NCBI GenBank assembly: GCA_019058295.1
Contig: JAHPZI010000006.1
Coordinates: forward strand, 79,916-143,915
Direction of reading: 5' to 3'
From: Promethearchaeota archaeon
Lineage (GTDB): Archaea > Asgardarchaeota > Lokiarchaeia > Sigyniarchaeales > SOKP01
Length of the DNA stretch: 64,000 nt
Every line of letters starts with the position of its first letter. The first letter of the stretch is position 1. The notes under the pieces are model-generated. The model saw only the letters and a program-made list of their open reading frames with translations, ran no database searches and was not told the DNA's origin. A program made the position numbers and the translations under genes. This document shows, piece by piece, positions 20,525 through 30,139 of this stretch.

Positions 20525-21239
20525 CTAAAGTTTGCCTTAAATTTTCACTCATTATATTGAAGAAATAATCAATAATGGTATCATGAACATAATTTAAATC
20601 ATCAATTAAGATCTGTTCATCATCAATTGAGAATTCTTTCTGCTTTAAATAAATACTTTCTAATCGAAATAGAAAAGATTCAATTTCTTTTATTGGTATT
20701 CCACGTAATCTAATTATAAATGTATCATTTTCCAGAGTATTTATTTTAATACCGGTATGAAAATCATTAAAGTCAATGCTCCACTTTTCTGGTTTATTAA
20801 TAGACAAATTAAAATAATTGCCTAGATCAAAATTCTTTTTTGGAAAAGTAAATTCATCAATATATTCCATTCTAAATTGCTCAATTTTATCTATTTCTAG
20901 GATCTTGCATGAATTTAATACCAATTTGACTATTTCCCCTTTTATTTCATTCCAATGCGTATATTCCGTGAAAATAAATATTAGACCATCTGAAAAAAAC
21001 TGAATTTGTCCACTTTTTTCTTTATTTAAAAATCTAATAGGTCCTATTTGAATTGGGACTTTTGCCTTTATTTTAACATCATAAGGATATTCTATAATAT
21101 CTAAACTAGGAGCATTAGGATAATCTTTTTTAAGAAGCTCTTCAACTTTGGACATCATTTCAAATGATATTTTCTCAGGCTTTTTAAATTTAAAATCTAT
21201 CCTAAAAGTTTTAAGAGGTGGCTTTTCTATTGTTAGCAT
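20505..21239 (-). CDS. TIGR04255-like protein
   Basis: N-terminal KPPL, YTHW, FRMEYIDEF, C-terminal H..I...F...MSE pattern. Confidence 0.65.
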   Translation of the reverse strand: MLTIEKPPLKTFRIDFKFKKPEKISFEMMSKVEELLKKDYPNAPSLDIIEYPYDVKIKAKVPIQIGPIRFLNKEKSGQIQFFSDGLIFIFTEYTHWNEIKGEIVKLVLNSCKILEIDKIEQFRMEYIDEFTFPKKNFDLGNYFNLSINKPEKWSIDFNDFHTGIKINTLENDTFIIRLRGIPIKEIESFLFRLESIYLKQKEFSIDDEQILIDDLNYVHDTIIDYFFNIMSENLRQTLGVKKND

Positions 21240-21417
21240 TGTTTTTTTCTAATATTATTTATGAATATATTGTCATTTACCAATAAATTTTTTATGTTTA
21301 TAAAATCCTTGAAAAAGAAACTAAAAAACGCCAAGAGAGAACTAATATTAGAAAGTTGAAATAGAATGTAAGGGAGAAGGGATAAAAGAGAATCCAATAA
21401 TTATTGAATCCGTATCA

Positions 21418-21555
21418 CTAATAGGTTTTTCTTTTGTTCGATTTTTCATCTCTCCTTGATTTACTTGATTGAAGGAAATGATTAATAAGGTAAATAATAG
21501 CGGAAACAAATCCAATAATTGCTGTTGCTAGATTAATCAAATCTGAGATATTCAT
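21418..21555 (-). CDS. Small single-TM peptide, 45 aa (not in ORF track)
   Basis: MNISDLINLATAIIGFVSAIIYLINHFLQSSKSRRDEKSNKRKTY*. Confidence 0.55.
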   Translation of the reverse strand: MNISDLINLATAIIGFVSAIIYLINHFLQSSKSRRDEKSNKRKTY

Positions 21556-21610
21556 TTTACTTTTTTATGAAAATAATATTTTTATTTTGTTAATACTTAA
21601 ATAGAAAGAT

Positions 21611-21656
21611 TGACTTATTTTATTTATGGTGACTAGAATGGTCAACATTGACTATT
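21611..21656. promoter_or_regulatory. Candidate operator (three TGACT motifs plus palindrome)
   Basis: TGACT at 21611, 21630 and 21649; AATGGTCAA-CA-TTGACTATT near-palindrome. Confidence 0.35.
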
Positions 21657-21692
21657 TAATATTAAAACATAATCAATAATAACTTTAAGAAA

Positions 21693-22724
21693 ATGATTAA
21701 TAAAGCAAATATCTATAGCATTTCTCTTATCATAGAGTATCTGTGGTATAATCCTCGTCGTAAAATGGAGGATTTAATTAAAAATAAAGTAAGAAGTAAG
21801 AATACTTTAAAACGCTATTTATATGGTCAGAGATATGGATATAGTGACGACGAAAGCTTAATAGATAATGGAATTTTAATTGCTCATTCTACAACAAAGA
21901 AAAAAAGTAGAAAAACTGGTAAAATAAAATCTTACCCTGATGAATTTGAAGTTAATCAAGATTGGTTAATTTCGAATATTAATAAATTTCCTAATATAAA
22001 AAAAGTAATCCGTTTTGGTAATGAGGATTTTGGATATGAATTCTATACTGTTGATGAAGCACGAAAAAAAATCGAAGAAGATAAGGGATATAGAGAAATG
22101 GATGCAATTTATCAAATTTATGAGAGTATCTTTGCAAATTCTATTTCTCATGAAATAAAACAAAATCCCAATTCAAAGTCATTTTATTTCTCTGAAGAAC
22201 AAAGAATTGCAAAAAGCTGGTTGATATATGGATTATTACTTATTTCTTTCGCATATAACCCAGATTTATGGAATTCATTAGAAAAAGTGGATGATTTTAA
22301 TTTTGAAATGACAATTAAAATAGATATTCCAAAAGAATATCAAAATGATTTCTTTAATGCTTTTCAAAAAGTAAGGGATTTTTGCATGAAAAAAAAACAG
22401 TTACCTTCTTCCTTAAAATTTCCCTTAGAAAAAAGTTTAGCACATATTCGTAGAATGAGTAAAGGACTTCTTATTAAAAATCCACCAAAGACGTCAAAGG
22501 AGGATAAAAAAGAAATACCATTCCATAATGATCTTGATGTGTTTGAGGCTGTCGCATATATGCAACAAGGAACTTATGAGGAAAATAAAAATAAGATTAA
22601 TGCTGAAAATAAAAAGGATTTAAGAGAACTCATCGAACTTTTAAAAATATCAAAACCTTACTACCAAGGAAGCCAAGAATTAAAATCGATTAATAAGCAA
22701 TTGAAAAAAGTAAAAAAAAAATAA
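21693..22724 (+). CDS. Hypothetical protein, possible N-terminal wHTH
   Basis: 343-aa ORF; basic N-terminal region with HTH-like spacing. Confidence 0.6.
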   Translation: MINKANIYSISLIIEYLWYNPRRKMEDLIKNKVRSKNTLKRYLYGQRYGYSDDESLIDNGILIAHSTTKKKSRKTGKIKSYPDEFEVNQDWLISNINKFPNIKKVIRFGNEDFGYEFYTVDEARKKIEEDKGYREMDAIYQIYESIFANSISHEIKQNPNSKSFYFSEEQRIAKSWLIYGLLLISFAYNPDLWNSLEKVDDFNFEMTIKIDIPKEYQNDFFNAFQKVRDFCMKKKQLPSSLKFPLEKSLAHIRRMSKGLLIKNPPKTSKEDKKEIPFHNDLDVFEAVAYMQQGTYEENKNKINAENKKDLRELIELLKISKPYYQGSQELKSINKQLKKVKKK

Positions 22725-22789
22725 TTTCTATCAAATTTTAACCAAAAATATAAAAGCTGTTATTTCTTAAATAATAGAGAAGGAACTTA

Positions 22790-23461
22790 TTAGGGAAACA
22801 TTTTAAAAAAATTTCTTAATCCAATAATCATAATCTTTACTTCCTCTTCAGAATAATTATTATAATTACCATGTGCTGCATCATTCCTTATGCCTAACCA
22901 AGCTGTCACTTGTTTCATCTGAGTTTTTGAGTAAACATTTTCCCCTTTCAAATCTGAATTCATCTGATCAGCTTTTTTAGGTTTTACTCTCCCAGATGTC
23001 GTAATTTCTATATCAATGCCATTTTTTTCACATAGCTTTCTTAGATGTTCTTCTAAGGTACTTCCTGCTATAACAGCAGAAGCATCTTTATATTTCTCAT
23101 CTAAAAGATATTGTGCCATATCTAAATAATCAGAAAAAATATCTCCATGTATTAATTCTGATACTGTCTTAAGGTAATCTTGTTGCAAATCCTTATATAA
23201 TGCAATTAAGGCTCCTTTAACAAATTTAAAGCGATTTACAATTAATTTATCACTTTCAAAATATTCTTCAATTCTTATATAATATTCTGATTTTTTACCT
23301 GCAATCCTATCTATCACTGATAATGCTCTTGTAATACAAGTACTTAAAAATTCTCTACTTTTATTTACTGAACCAGCATATTGACCATTCTTCACACTAT
23401 TAATATCACTTAAAATTTCTTCAATTTGTTTAATAAAAACCTTATTTAATTCTTCTACTAT
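22790..23461 (-). CDS. HEPN-domain protein (DUF4145-like putative RNase); probable ATA start
   Basis: ASAVIAGSTLEEHLR and RNDAAH (RxxxxH) motifs; GGTGA Shine-Dalgarno 6 nt before ATA at 23461. Confidence 0.8.
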   Translation of the reverse strand: MVEELNKVFIKQIEEILSDINSVKNGQYAGSVNKSREFLSTCITRALSVIDRIAGKKSEYYIRIEEYFESDKLIVNRFKFVKGALIALYKDLQQDYLKTVSELIHGDIFSDYLDMAQYLLDEKYKDASAVIAGSTLEEHLRKLCEKNGIDIEITTSGRVKPKKADQMNSDLKGENVYSKTQMKQVTAWLGIRNDAAHGNYNNYSEEEVKIMIIGLRNFFKMFP

Positions 23462-23555
23462 TGGATATCACCTGAATTTTTATTAATTAATATAAGCCAT
23501 TCATATAATAAGTAATTTGATATGACAATTTATTATAAATAACAAAGAAAGAATT

Positions 23556-23678
23556 TTATAAGTTCCCACCCCCACTTACCCCCATAATCACAACTAATTT
23601 ATTTCTGGGAATAATTACATTAATATTCTTTAAATTGTTCTGCCTAGCCCCTTTAATTATAATGGGATTATCAGTCAT
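23556..23678 (-). pseudogene. uvrA: Truncated uvrA 5' fragment (40 codons)
   Basis: [40 protein letters not shown] versus intact [39 protein letters not shown]. Confidence 0.92.
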
Positions 23679-23745
23679 CTCTTATCAATGATTATTGAAT
23701 TAATCAAAAATGAAAAATTCTACGATTTTATTTTATAAGAATTCT

Positions 23746-25737
23746 TTAAATCTTTAATTTTAACTTAAGTTCTTTGATTCTATCCCTCAAATACGCAGCA
23801 TCTTCAAATCTTAATTCTTTTGCTGCTAAAAACATTTTATTCTCAAGATATTGTATAATCATCTCATTATCACCTAATTCTTCCATTTTATCCTCGATTG
23901 TTCTTTTCAACCTCTTGCTTTCTTTCTCCTTGAATTCTTTTTCTTCTGAAAGTGATTCTAAGATATTCTTTTTGACTGTTTGAGGTGTAATATTATTAAC
24001 TTCATTATATGAGATTTGTTTAGCTCTCCTTCTGTTTGTCTCATCAATTGCAGCTTTCATCGCAGGAGATGTTTTATCAGCATATAATATAGCCCTCCCG
24101 TTAATGTTTCTTGATGCCCTTCCTATAGTTTGGATTAATGAGCGAGTATCTCTCAAAAAGCCAAGTTTATCTGCATCGAGTATAGCCACTAATTGAACTT
24201 CTGGTAAATCAAGACCTTCACGTAGGAGATTTATACCTACAACGCTGTCGAAGGTTCCATCTCTTAGTTTTCTTAAAATTTCAAACCTTTCTACAGTATC
24301 AACTTCGGAATGTAAGTATGCAATTTTAATTCCCAATTCTGCATAATATTCTGCAATATCTTCAGCCATTCTTTTAGTTAATGTAGTAATCAAAATCCTT
24401 CCTTTATTATTTATAACTTTGCGGAGTTCCCCTAGTAAATCATCTATTTGGTTTTCAGCTGACCTAACTTCAATCTGAGGATCGACTAATCCAGTAGGGC
24501 GAATGATTTGTTCTGCCGAAATTCCACCACTTTTCTTTAATTCATAATCTCCTGGAGTAGCACTCATAAAAATAATATATTTAATTTTGCTTTCCCATTC
24601 TTCAAAAGTTAATGGTCTATTATCGTAAGCGCTTGGAAGCCGCCACCCATATTCTATCAGATTTTTCTTACGTGCTTTGTCACCGCCTATCATACCACGG
24701 ATTTGCGGAACCGTAACGTGAGATTCGTCTACTACAATCAAAAAATCTTGTGGGAAATAGTCAATCAAATTCATTGGGGGTTTTCCTGGAGGTCGCCCAT
24801 CCAAATGTCTTGAATAATTTTCAATTCCCTTACAATAGCCCATCTCTCTCATCATTTCTAAATCAAATTTTACTCTCCTTTCAATACGTTGAGCTTCTGC
24901 GTACTTTTTTTCATTTTTAAAGAATGCAATCTGTTTCTTTAATTCCATTTTTATGGATTCTAATGCTTTTATTTTATTTTCTTCTGGAATAATAAAATGG
25001 GTAGCTGGAAAAATTCGACAATTGGGTAATTCTTTAAGAACTTGATTAGAAAGCGGATGGATTTCTTGAATTGATTCAATCTCGTCTCCAAATAACGATA
25101 TTCTTATAGCTGTATCTAAGTATGCTGGAAAAATATCAACAATATCTCCTTTCACTCTAACAACGCCCCTTTTAAATTCAATGTTTTTTCGTTCGTAATT
25201 CATTTTGATTACGCGTTTCAATATATCAGATCTTTTAATAGTTTGTCCTACTTCTAAATCCAATGAAACAGCAACCCATTCATCAGGATTTCCAATTCCA
25301 TAAATGCATGAAACGCTAGCGACTATTATTACGTCCTCTCTAGTTTTTATCGCATGGGTAGACGCCAATCTTAATTTTTCAATTTCCTCGTTTACGCTAA
25401 AATCTTTTTCAATATACAAACCAGTAATCGGCATATAAGCTTCAGGTTGATAATAATCATAATATGAGACGAAATAATGAACTGCATTATGAGGAAAGAG
25501 TTCTTTAAGTTCATTATATAATTGTGCCGCTAAAGTTTTATTTGGAGCCATTACTAATGTAGGTTTCTGGACTTCTTGAATTATATTAGCAATTGTAAAA
25601 GTCTTTCCTGTTCCGGTCGCACCTAATAATGTTTGAAAGCTTTTACCATTTTTAATATTTTTAACAAGATTTTTAATTGCTTGAGGTTGATCTCCTCGTG
25701 CCGTAAATTCAGACTCTATTTTGAATTTTTTACTCAT
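23746..25737 (-). CDS. uvrB: Excinuclease ABC subunit B
   Basis: GDQP, GATGTGKT, YYDYYQPEAY, DESH and C-terminal UVR motif. Confidence 0.98.
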   Translation of the reverse strand: MSKKFKIESEFTARGDQPQAIKNLVKNIKNGKSFQTLLGATGTGKTFTIANIIQEVQKPTLVMAPNKTLAAQLYNELKELFPHNAVHYFVSYYDYYQPEAYMPITGLYIEKDFSVNEEIEKLRLASTHAIKTREDVIIVASVSCIYGIGNPDEWVAVSLDLEVGQTIKRSDILKRVIKMNYERKNIEFKRGVVRVKGDIVDIFPAYLDTAIRISLFGDEIESIQEIHPLSNQVLKELPNCRIFPATHFIIPEENKIKALESIKMELKKQIAFFKNEKKYAEAQRIERRVKFDLEMMREMGYCKGIENYSRHLDGRPPGKPPMNLIDYFPQDFLIVVDESHVTVPQIRGMIGGDKARKKNLIEYGWRLPSAYDNRPLTFEEWESKIKYIIFMSATPGDYELKKSGGISAEQIIRPTGLVDPQIEVRSAENQIDDLLGELRKVINNKGRILITTLTKRMAEDIAEYYAELGIKIAYLHSEVDTVERFEILRKLRDGTFDSVVGINLLREGLDLPEVQLVAILDADKLGFLRDTRSLIQTIGRASRNINGRAILYADKTSPAMKAAIDETNRRRAKQISYNEVNNITPQTVKKNILESLSEEKEFKEKESKRLKRTIEDKMEELGDNEMIIQYLENKMFLAAKELRFEDAAYLRDRIKELKLKLKI

Positions 25738-25863
25738 ATGAATTAAATATTGTTTTAATGAAAAATTTAAGATTTAAATATATATAAACGATTAGACTAA
25801 ACTATTTTAATGAATAATGGCTTAAGATTTTTATGATGTTAAGTAAAAATTAATGTCTATAAT

Positions 25864-28800
25864 TTAATCTATATCTAAAATTTTTATATCTTCGGCGCCT
25901 TCTTTCGTGCGAACTAAAACTTCTAATTCATGACTTGTAGTAAGTGTTGGAATTCCTAATTCAATTGATAATGTGTTATTAACATATGACATAGCAATCG
26001 TTAATGTAACTGAATCTAAGGGTTCTAGATCTAATGATTCTCCTACTCCTAAGCTGAAATCGTTGGGGTTGAAATAGGTGCCATTAATGTAAATTGAATC
26101 TACATTGAGATCTCGAGTGCCACCATTAGTGTTTGTTATTACCAAATCACCAGAGCCACTAAGATCTGCATCCGGTTCAGTTGAACTTATTGTAATATTA
26201 TAAAGATTACTATCAACTATTGCATTAAATGTATGAATTGTTGTTGCGGTAGTATTGGTTGTAATATTTACTCTAACTTCATTTGATTTATTTATTTTTA
26301 AAGTATCAATATCAAAAGAGATTAATGCGCATTCTTGTACTTCTAAGGTGGCATCTCCATAGAGAAAGTTTACGTCATTAGCAACTGAGATAGGTGTTGT
26401 ATCATTAAGAGTCACATTAATTAAAGTGATAGGCTCATCTCCAGTATTTTTTATTAATATTCTTCCTGTTTCATTAGCAGCAATATACGATGTTGTTAAA
26501 CCATCAATTTTATCGATAATTGATATATTAGCCTCGTTCTTAATTGCATGAAATACACCGATATCTGAAGCTACTGGGTTATCTAATTCATATCCTTTAG
26601 CCGCAATAGCAATAATTAATTCTTCATTTAAATTTATATCAGGTAATATTGATTGGATGTCTGAAGGTTCTATTACAATTGTGTTTTCATCGTTTGGGTT
26701 CAATATTAAATTGTGATTAATAGTATCAATATTTTCAGGATCAAGAGCATTTGCAATTGTTAAATCAAAAGTATTTCCATTCCTAACAGAATCCGCTTTA
26801 GCAACATAAACTGAATCTAATCCCAAAACTTTACTTCCGCTATTTTTTACACGAATTTTAATGTTTCCATCAGTGTAGGCATAAGTATCTATGTTATTAT
26901 AATCAATTGGTATGTGATATTTATAAGTATTTTTACTGTTTACTGCTAAAAGTTCAGGTGAAAGAGTTCTCTCATCATTAAGGATCGAAAGTTGGTAGTT
27001 TTTAGTATTATATGACAACAGGGTTTCATCTTTTGCACCTTGTGAAGTATTTACTCCAACTAAATTACCTGTTATACCTGAAAGAAGAGGGTTAAATTCA
27101 CCGGTAACATTTTCTATATAGGCTTTCGCTTTTTCTCCTGGCCTTAATACTGAGGATCCACTTATATAGCTTGTAGCATCATATGCATTTTGTTCACTAT
27201 TAATATAAAATTTATTTAAATTAACAGGAGAAGTTCCAACATTTTCCACTTCAAGAAAAACATCAGCCAATTCGCCTTTTTGCTCAATCTTACTATTCTC
27301 TCGATTAATTTTTATTTCTCCTGGTTCAGCTTCAGAAACAAAGAAATTATCTGTGCTTTCATCAAAATTATATTTAGTTCCCTCTAACGCATCTGCTTCA
27401 GCTGAAACAGTTATATTCACTACATCATCCTCTTTATAAGGAATGTTCAAATCAACCCAAACTATATCTTCCTCATTTATATTCAATATTTTATCATAAT
27501 TTGATCGACCCATTGTAAAATTGTATTCTATATTGTTAATTTTTACATTTTTAATTGTTAAATCTCTCGTTCCTGTGTTTTTTAAACTAAATGTAGAGCT
27601 CCCGATATCAAATACTTTAGGATCAATTATTGAAAAGCTAGAATCCAAGGCAGTATAGTCGACTTGAAATAATTTTACCATACCATTTTGAGAGAAATAT
27701 GCTGGTTTAAATACTTTAAAGTCATACTCCCCATTAGTAGGTATGTGATCTGCCCATTCATTTCCATTATCGTCTTCTCTCGCTTTAATATTGTACGATG
27801 GATTTCCGCCAATCTGAGAAGCGTAATACCATTTTAAATAGTCTGTATTAGGATTAACATTTGAAGGATTTGTAGGTTCCCCATAAAACATTAACTTAAC
27901 TAATTGACTTTGAAACCAAGAATCTTCATATTTACCACTTGTTTCATTGATATAATCACTCTCAAGAAAAACGCTATCTTCAGCCCAATTATCTTCTTCC
28001 AATCCCTTTTTTTCATATTTTGCATAATTGTCGTTACAAATTCTCAACATCCATGGCCATTTACCCTCATCGCCTCCCATTCCACTAATTAAAAATCCAA
28101 AATACACTAAGACATAATCCGCTTCTAATTCCCTAAGTATTTTAGCACTATATATTTCATTCGTTTGCATAAATGCCATTCCTGTCATTCCTATTCTAGA
28201 ACCATCATGTGTATTGTTATCATTAACCGTAGTTACATTTCCAACGGGAGTGAGCCAATAACCATAATCCCACCAACTTACAACAACATCGGTCCCAGCT
28301 AAATTATTTTTCATCCAAGTCAATGCATCTTCCCAATCATGAAATTGTCCTCCAGCTACCATTTGGCTATAAGATAATTGATTAATAGAAATATCAGTTG
28401 CATGATAAACTTGAGCTATGCATAATATTCCAACCAAAGCATAGACCGCAAAAACTTCCGACCTCCCTACAGGTTTTCTTATTTGTCTTCTCCGTTTCCT
28501 GCTCACGCTAAGCTTTCTTTCTCCAACAAAACCCCCATAGATTTTCAAAACGTTTACTAACCCATAAGCACCCATTAATGATGCCGCAGGTGCAAATAAT
28601 AAAATTATTCGAATCATACTTCCTGTAAAATAAAATAATGTCAATAAAAATATCATTAAAAATACATCCGCAAAATTTAACCTCTTAAAACAAAAAAATA
28701 TTCCAAGAGGTAAAAGGAGCATTGGAATTAAAGTGTTATAATAAAAAATGGACCAAGCACTAGGCATATGTTCTGCAACTGAAGCTACAAGATGCATTTG

Positions 28801-29862
28801 ATCACGTAATAAAGGACTAAGAACACTATTTAATCTGCTTCCAATGCCCAAAGGTACTAATTTTGGGTTAACCCATATGATTACTGCAATAATAATTATG
28901 AGAGGAATTGCTAACCATTTTATTGAATTTAATAAAATATTATAAAATCTAGGATAATTATTCCTTTTTGAGTGAATCATATGAAATAGGATCAAAATTA
29001 AGGTAAAAAAAAATACCCCTGCAAAGGATAAATTAGTAAAAAAATCGCTAGGTTCAAAAGCAAGAAATAACGAATGTATCATAAATCCCGTCCCTATGGT
29101 TCCACTATAAGCAATTAATATATTCTCATCATATTTATTTAATAAAATCATAATAGTACATACAAGTGGTATAATAAAGAAAACAAATTGATAACCGCCC
29201 CAACTTAAGGATAAATAGCCTAAGAAAAAACCTCCCATTATCGAATGCGTAAATTTGCCCGTTTTAACTGCTTTTAAGAAAAATAAAAATGTCATGAGGG
29301 TCGCAAACACACCTATGGTTTCATTATCGAAAAAACCAGCCATTGTACGCTGCATATGTCCAGTATTGAATGCTAAGAAAAAAGCCGCAAATAACCCACA
29401 TTCCCGATTGTAAACCTCTTTTCCAAGAAAATACATAGCCAATACAGTAAGTCCACCCATAATAGCTGGAAGATAATAACAAACTTCATATATAGAAACT
29501 GGGATTCCAATAAAATTCAAAATCATCCATACAGCAACTGCCGTAAAGGGTAAGCCAGGTCTTGTCCTTGCTCGTGGAATACCCTCAGGATACCAACTCT
29601 TTTTATCTACCCAATGAAAGTACTCATAAAGAGAGTGCTCGCTGATATATTTAGCATTATAATATTGTATCCATGGATCAAATGCTTTAATTAAAGTTTG
29701 TCCTCTAAGAACGGGCGTTAGCCTTATCATTATCGCTAGAATTACGATTAATGTAATCGCTAAAAAAAAGACAATATTTTGCTTTTTTGCCCCCACAACT
29801 GAGCTGCGGATCCGGTCTTTAAAACCACTTAGGGAGTTGCCAATCCTACGTAAAACAGGCAT
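25864..29862 (-). CDS. aglB: Oligosaccharyltransferase AglB/STT3 with long Ig-like C-terminal extension
   Basis: FDPW, DNE, SVAEH, WWDYG and DNNT motifs; multi-TM N-terminal half. Confidence 0.93.
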   Translation of the reverse strand: MPVLRRIGNSLSGFKDRIRSSVVGAKKQNIVFFLAITLIVILAIMIRLTPVLRGQTLIKAFDPWIQYYNAKYISEHSLYEYFHWVDKKSWYPEGIPRARTRPGLPFTAVAVWMILNFIGIPVSIYEVCYYLPAIMGGLTVLAMYFLGKEVYNRECGLFAAFFLAFNTGHMQRTMAGFFDNETIGVFATLMTFLFFLKAVKTGKFTHSIMGGFFLGYLSLSWGGYQFVFFIIPLVCTIMILLNKYDENILIAYSGTIGTGFMIHSLFLAFEPSDFFTNLSFAGVFFFTLILILFHMIHSKRNNYPRFYNILLNSIKWLAIPLIIIIAVIIWVNPKLVPLGIGSRLNSVLSPLLRDQMHLVASVAEHMPSAWSIFYYNTLIPMLLLPLGIFFCFKRLNFADVFLMIFLLTLFYFTGSMIRIILLFAPAASLMGAYGLVNVLKIYGGFVGERKLSVSRKRRRQIRKPVGRSEVFAVYALVGILCIAQVYHATDISINQLSYSQMVAGGQFHDWEDALTWMKNNLAGTDVVVSWWDYGYWLTPVGNVTTVNDNNTHDGSRIGMTGMAFMQTNEIYSAKILRELEADYVLVYFGFLISGMGGDEGKWPWMLRICNDNYAKYEKKGLEEDNWAEDSVFLESDYINETSGKYEDSWFQSQLVKLMFYGEPTNPSNVNPNTDYLKWYYASQIGGNPSYNIKAREDDNGNEWADHIPTNGEYDFKVFKPAYFSQNGMVKLFQVDYTALDSSFSIIDPKVFDIGSSTFSLKNTGTRDLTIKNVKINNIEYNFTMGRSNYDKILNINEEDIVWVDLNIPYKEDDVVNITVSAEADALEGTKYNFDESTDNFFVSEAEPGEIKINRENSKIEQKGELADVFLEVENVGTSPVNLNKFYINSEQNAYDATSYISGSSVLRPGEKAKAYIENVTGEFNPLLSGITGNLVGVNTSQGAKDETLLSYNTKNYQLSILNDERTLSPELLAVNSKNTYKYHIPIDYNNIDTYAYTDGNIKIRVKNSGSKVLGLDSVYVAKADSVRNGNTFDLTIANALDPENIDTINHNLILNPNDENTIVIEPSDIQSILPDINLNEELIIAIAAKGYELDNPVASDIGVFHAIKNEANISIIDKIDGLTTSYIAANETGRILIKNTGDEPITLINVTLNDTTPISVANDVNFLYGDATLEVQECALISFDIDTLKINKSNEVRVNITTNTTATTIHTFNAIVDSNLYNITISSTEPDADLSGSGDLVITNTNGGTRDLNVDSIYINGTYFNPNDFSLGVGESLDLEPLDSVTLTIAMSYVNNTLSIELGIPTLTTSHELEVLVRTKEGAEDIKILDID

Positions 29863-30139
29863 CCATGATCTAAATCTTATTTACTATGAAAATCTAATAA
29901 AATCTATTTAGATTATAAAAAATACTAAATCTTATAAAATTTTTTATTATAGGTGTGTAAATATATGGAAATACGCATTTAATTGTATAAATAAATTTAA
30001 ATTTATCTGCGTTGAAATGATAACGAGAGATAATAATATTGATAATTTTTTGAATATTATATTTCATGTTATAATATTTTATTATCATGTTTCTTTACTA
30101 TTTAGAATTGAAATATATAATATATTGATAGGAATTTAG

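Larger units (their letters stand above)
17739..23555. mobile_element. Accessory/defence-type island between a uvrA 5' remnant and intact uvrA (no integrase visible)
   Basis: Bounded by two homologous uvrA 5' ends. Contains only accessory genes. Confidence 0.6.

Noticed and set aside
21355-21460. Plus-strand fragment VEIECKGEGIKENPIIIES resembling the GxGTxxxPYIIE start of beta-helix proteins
   Set aside because: No start codon, flanked by stops, and too short to support; possibly a gene remnant.
17739-23555. Provirus or transposon call for the island
   Set aside because: No integrase, transposase, capsid or terminal inverted repeats found.
29894-30088. 64-aa ORF between aglB and truA
   Set aside because: Extremely AT-rich divergent promoter region with no coding signal.
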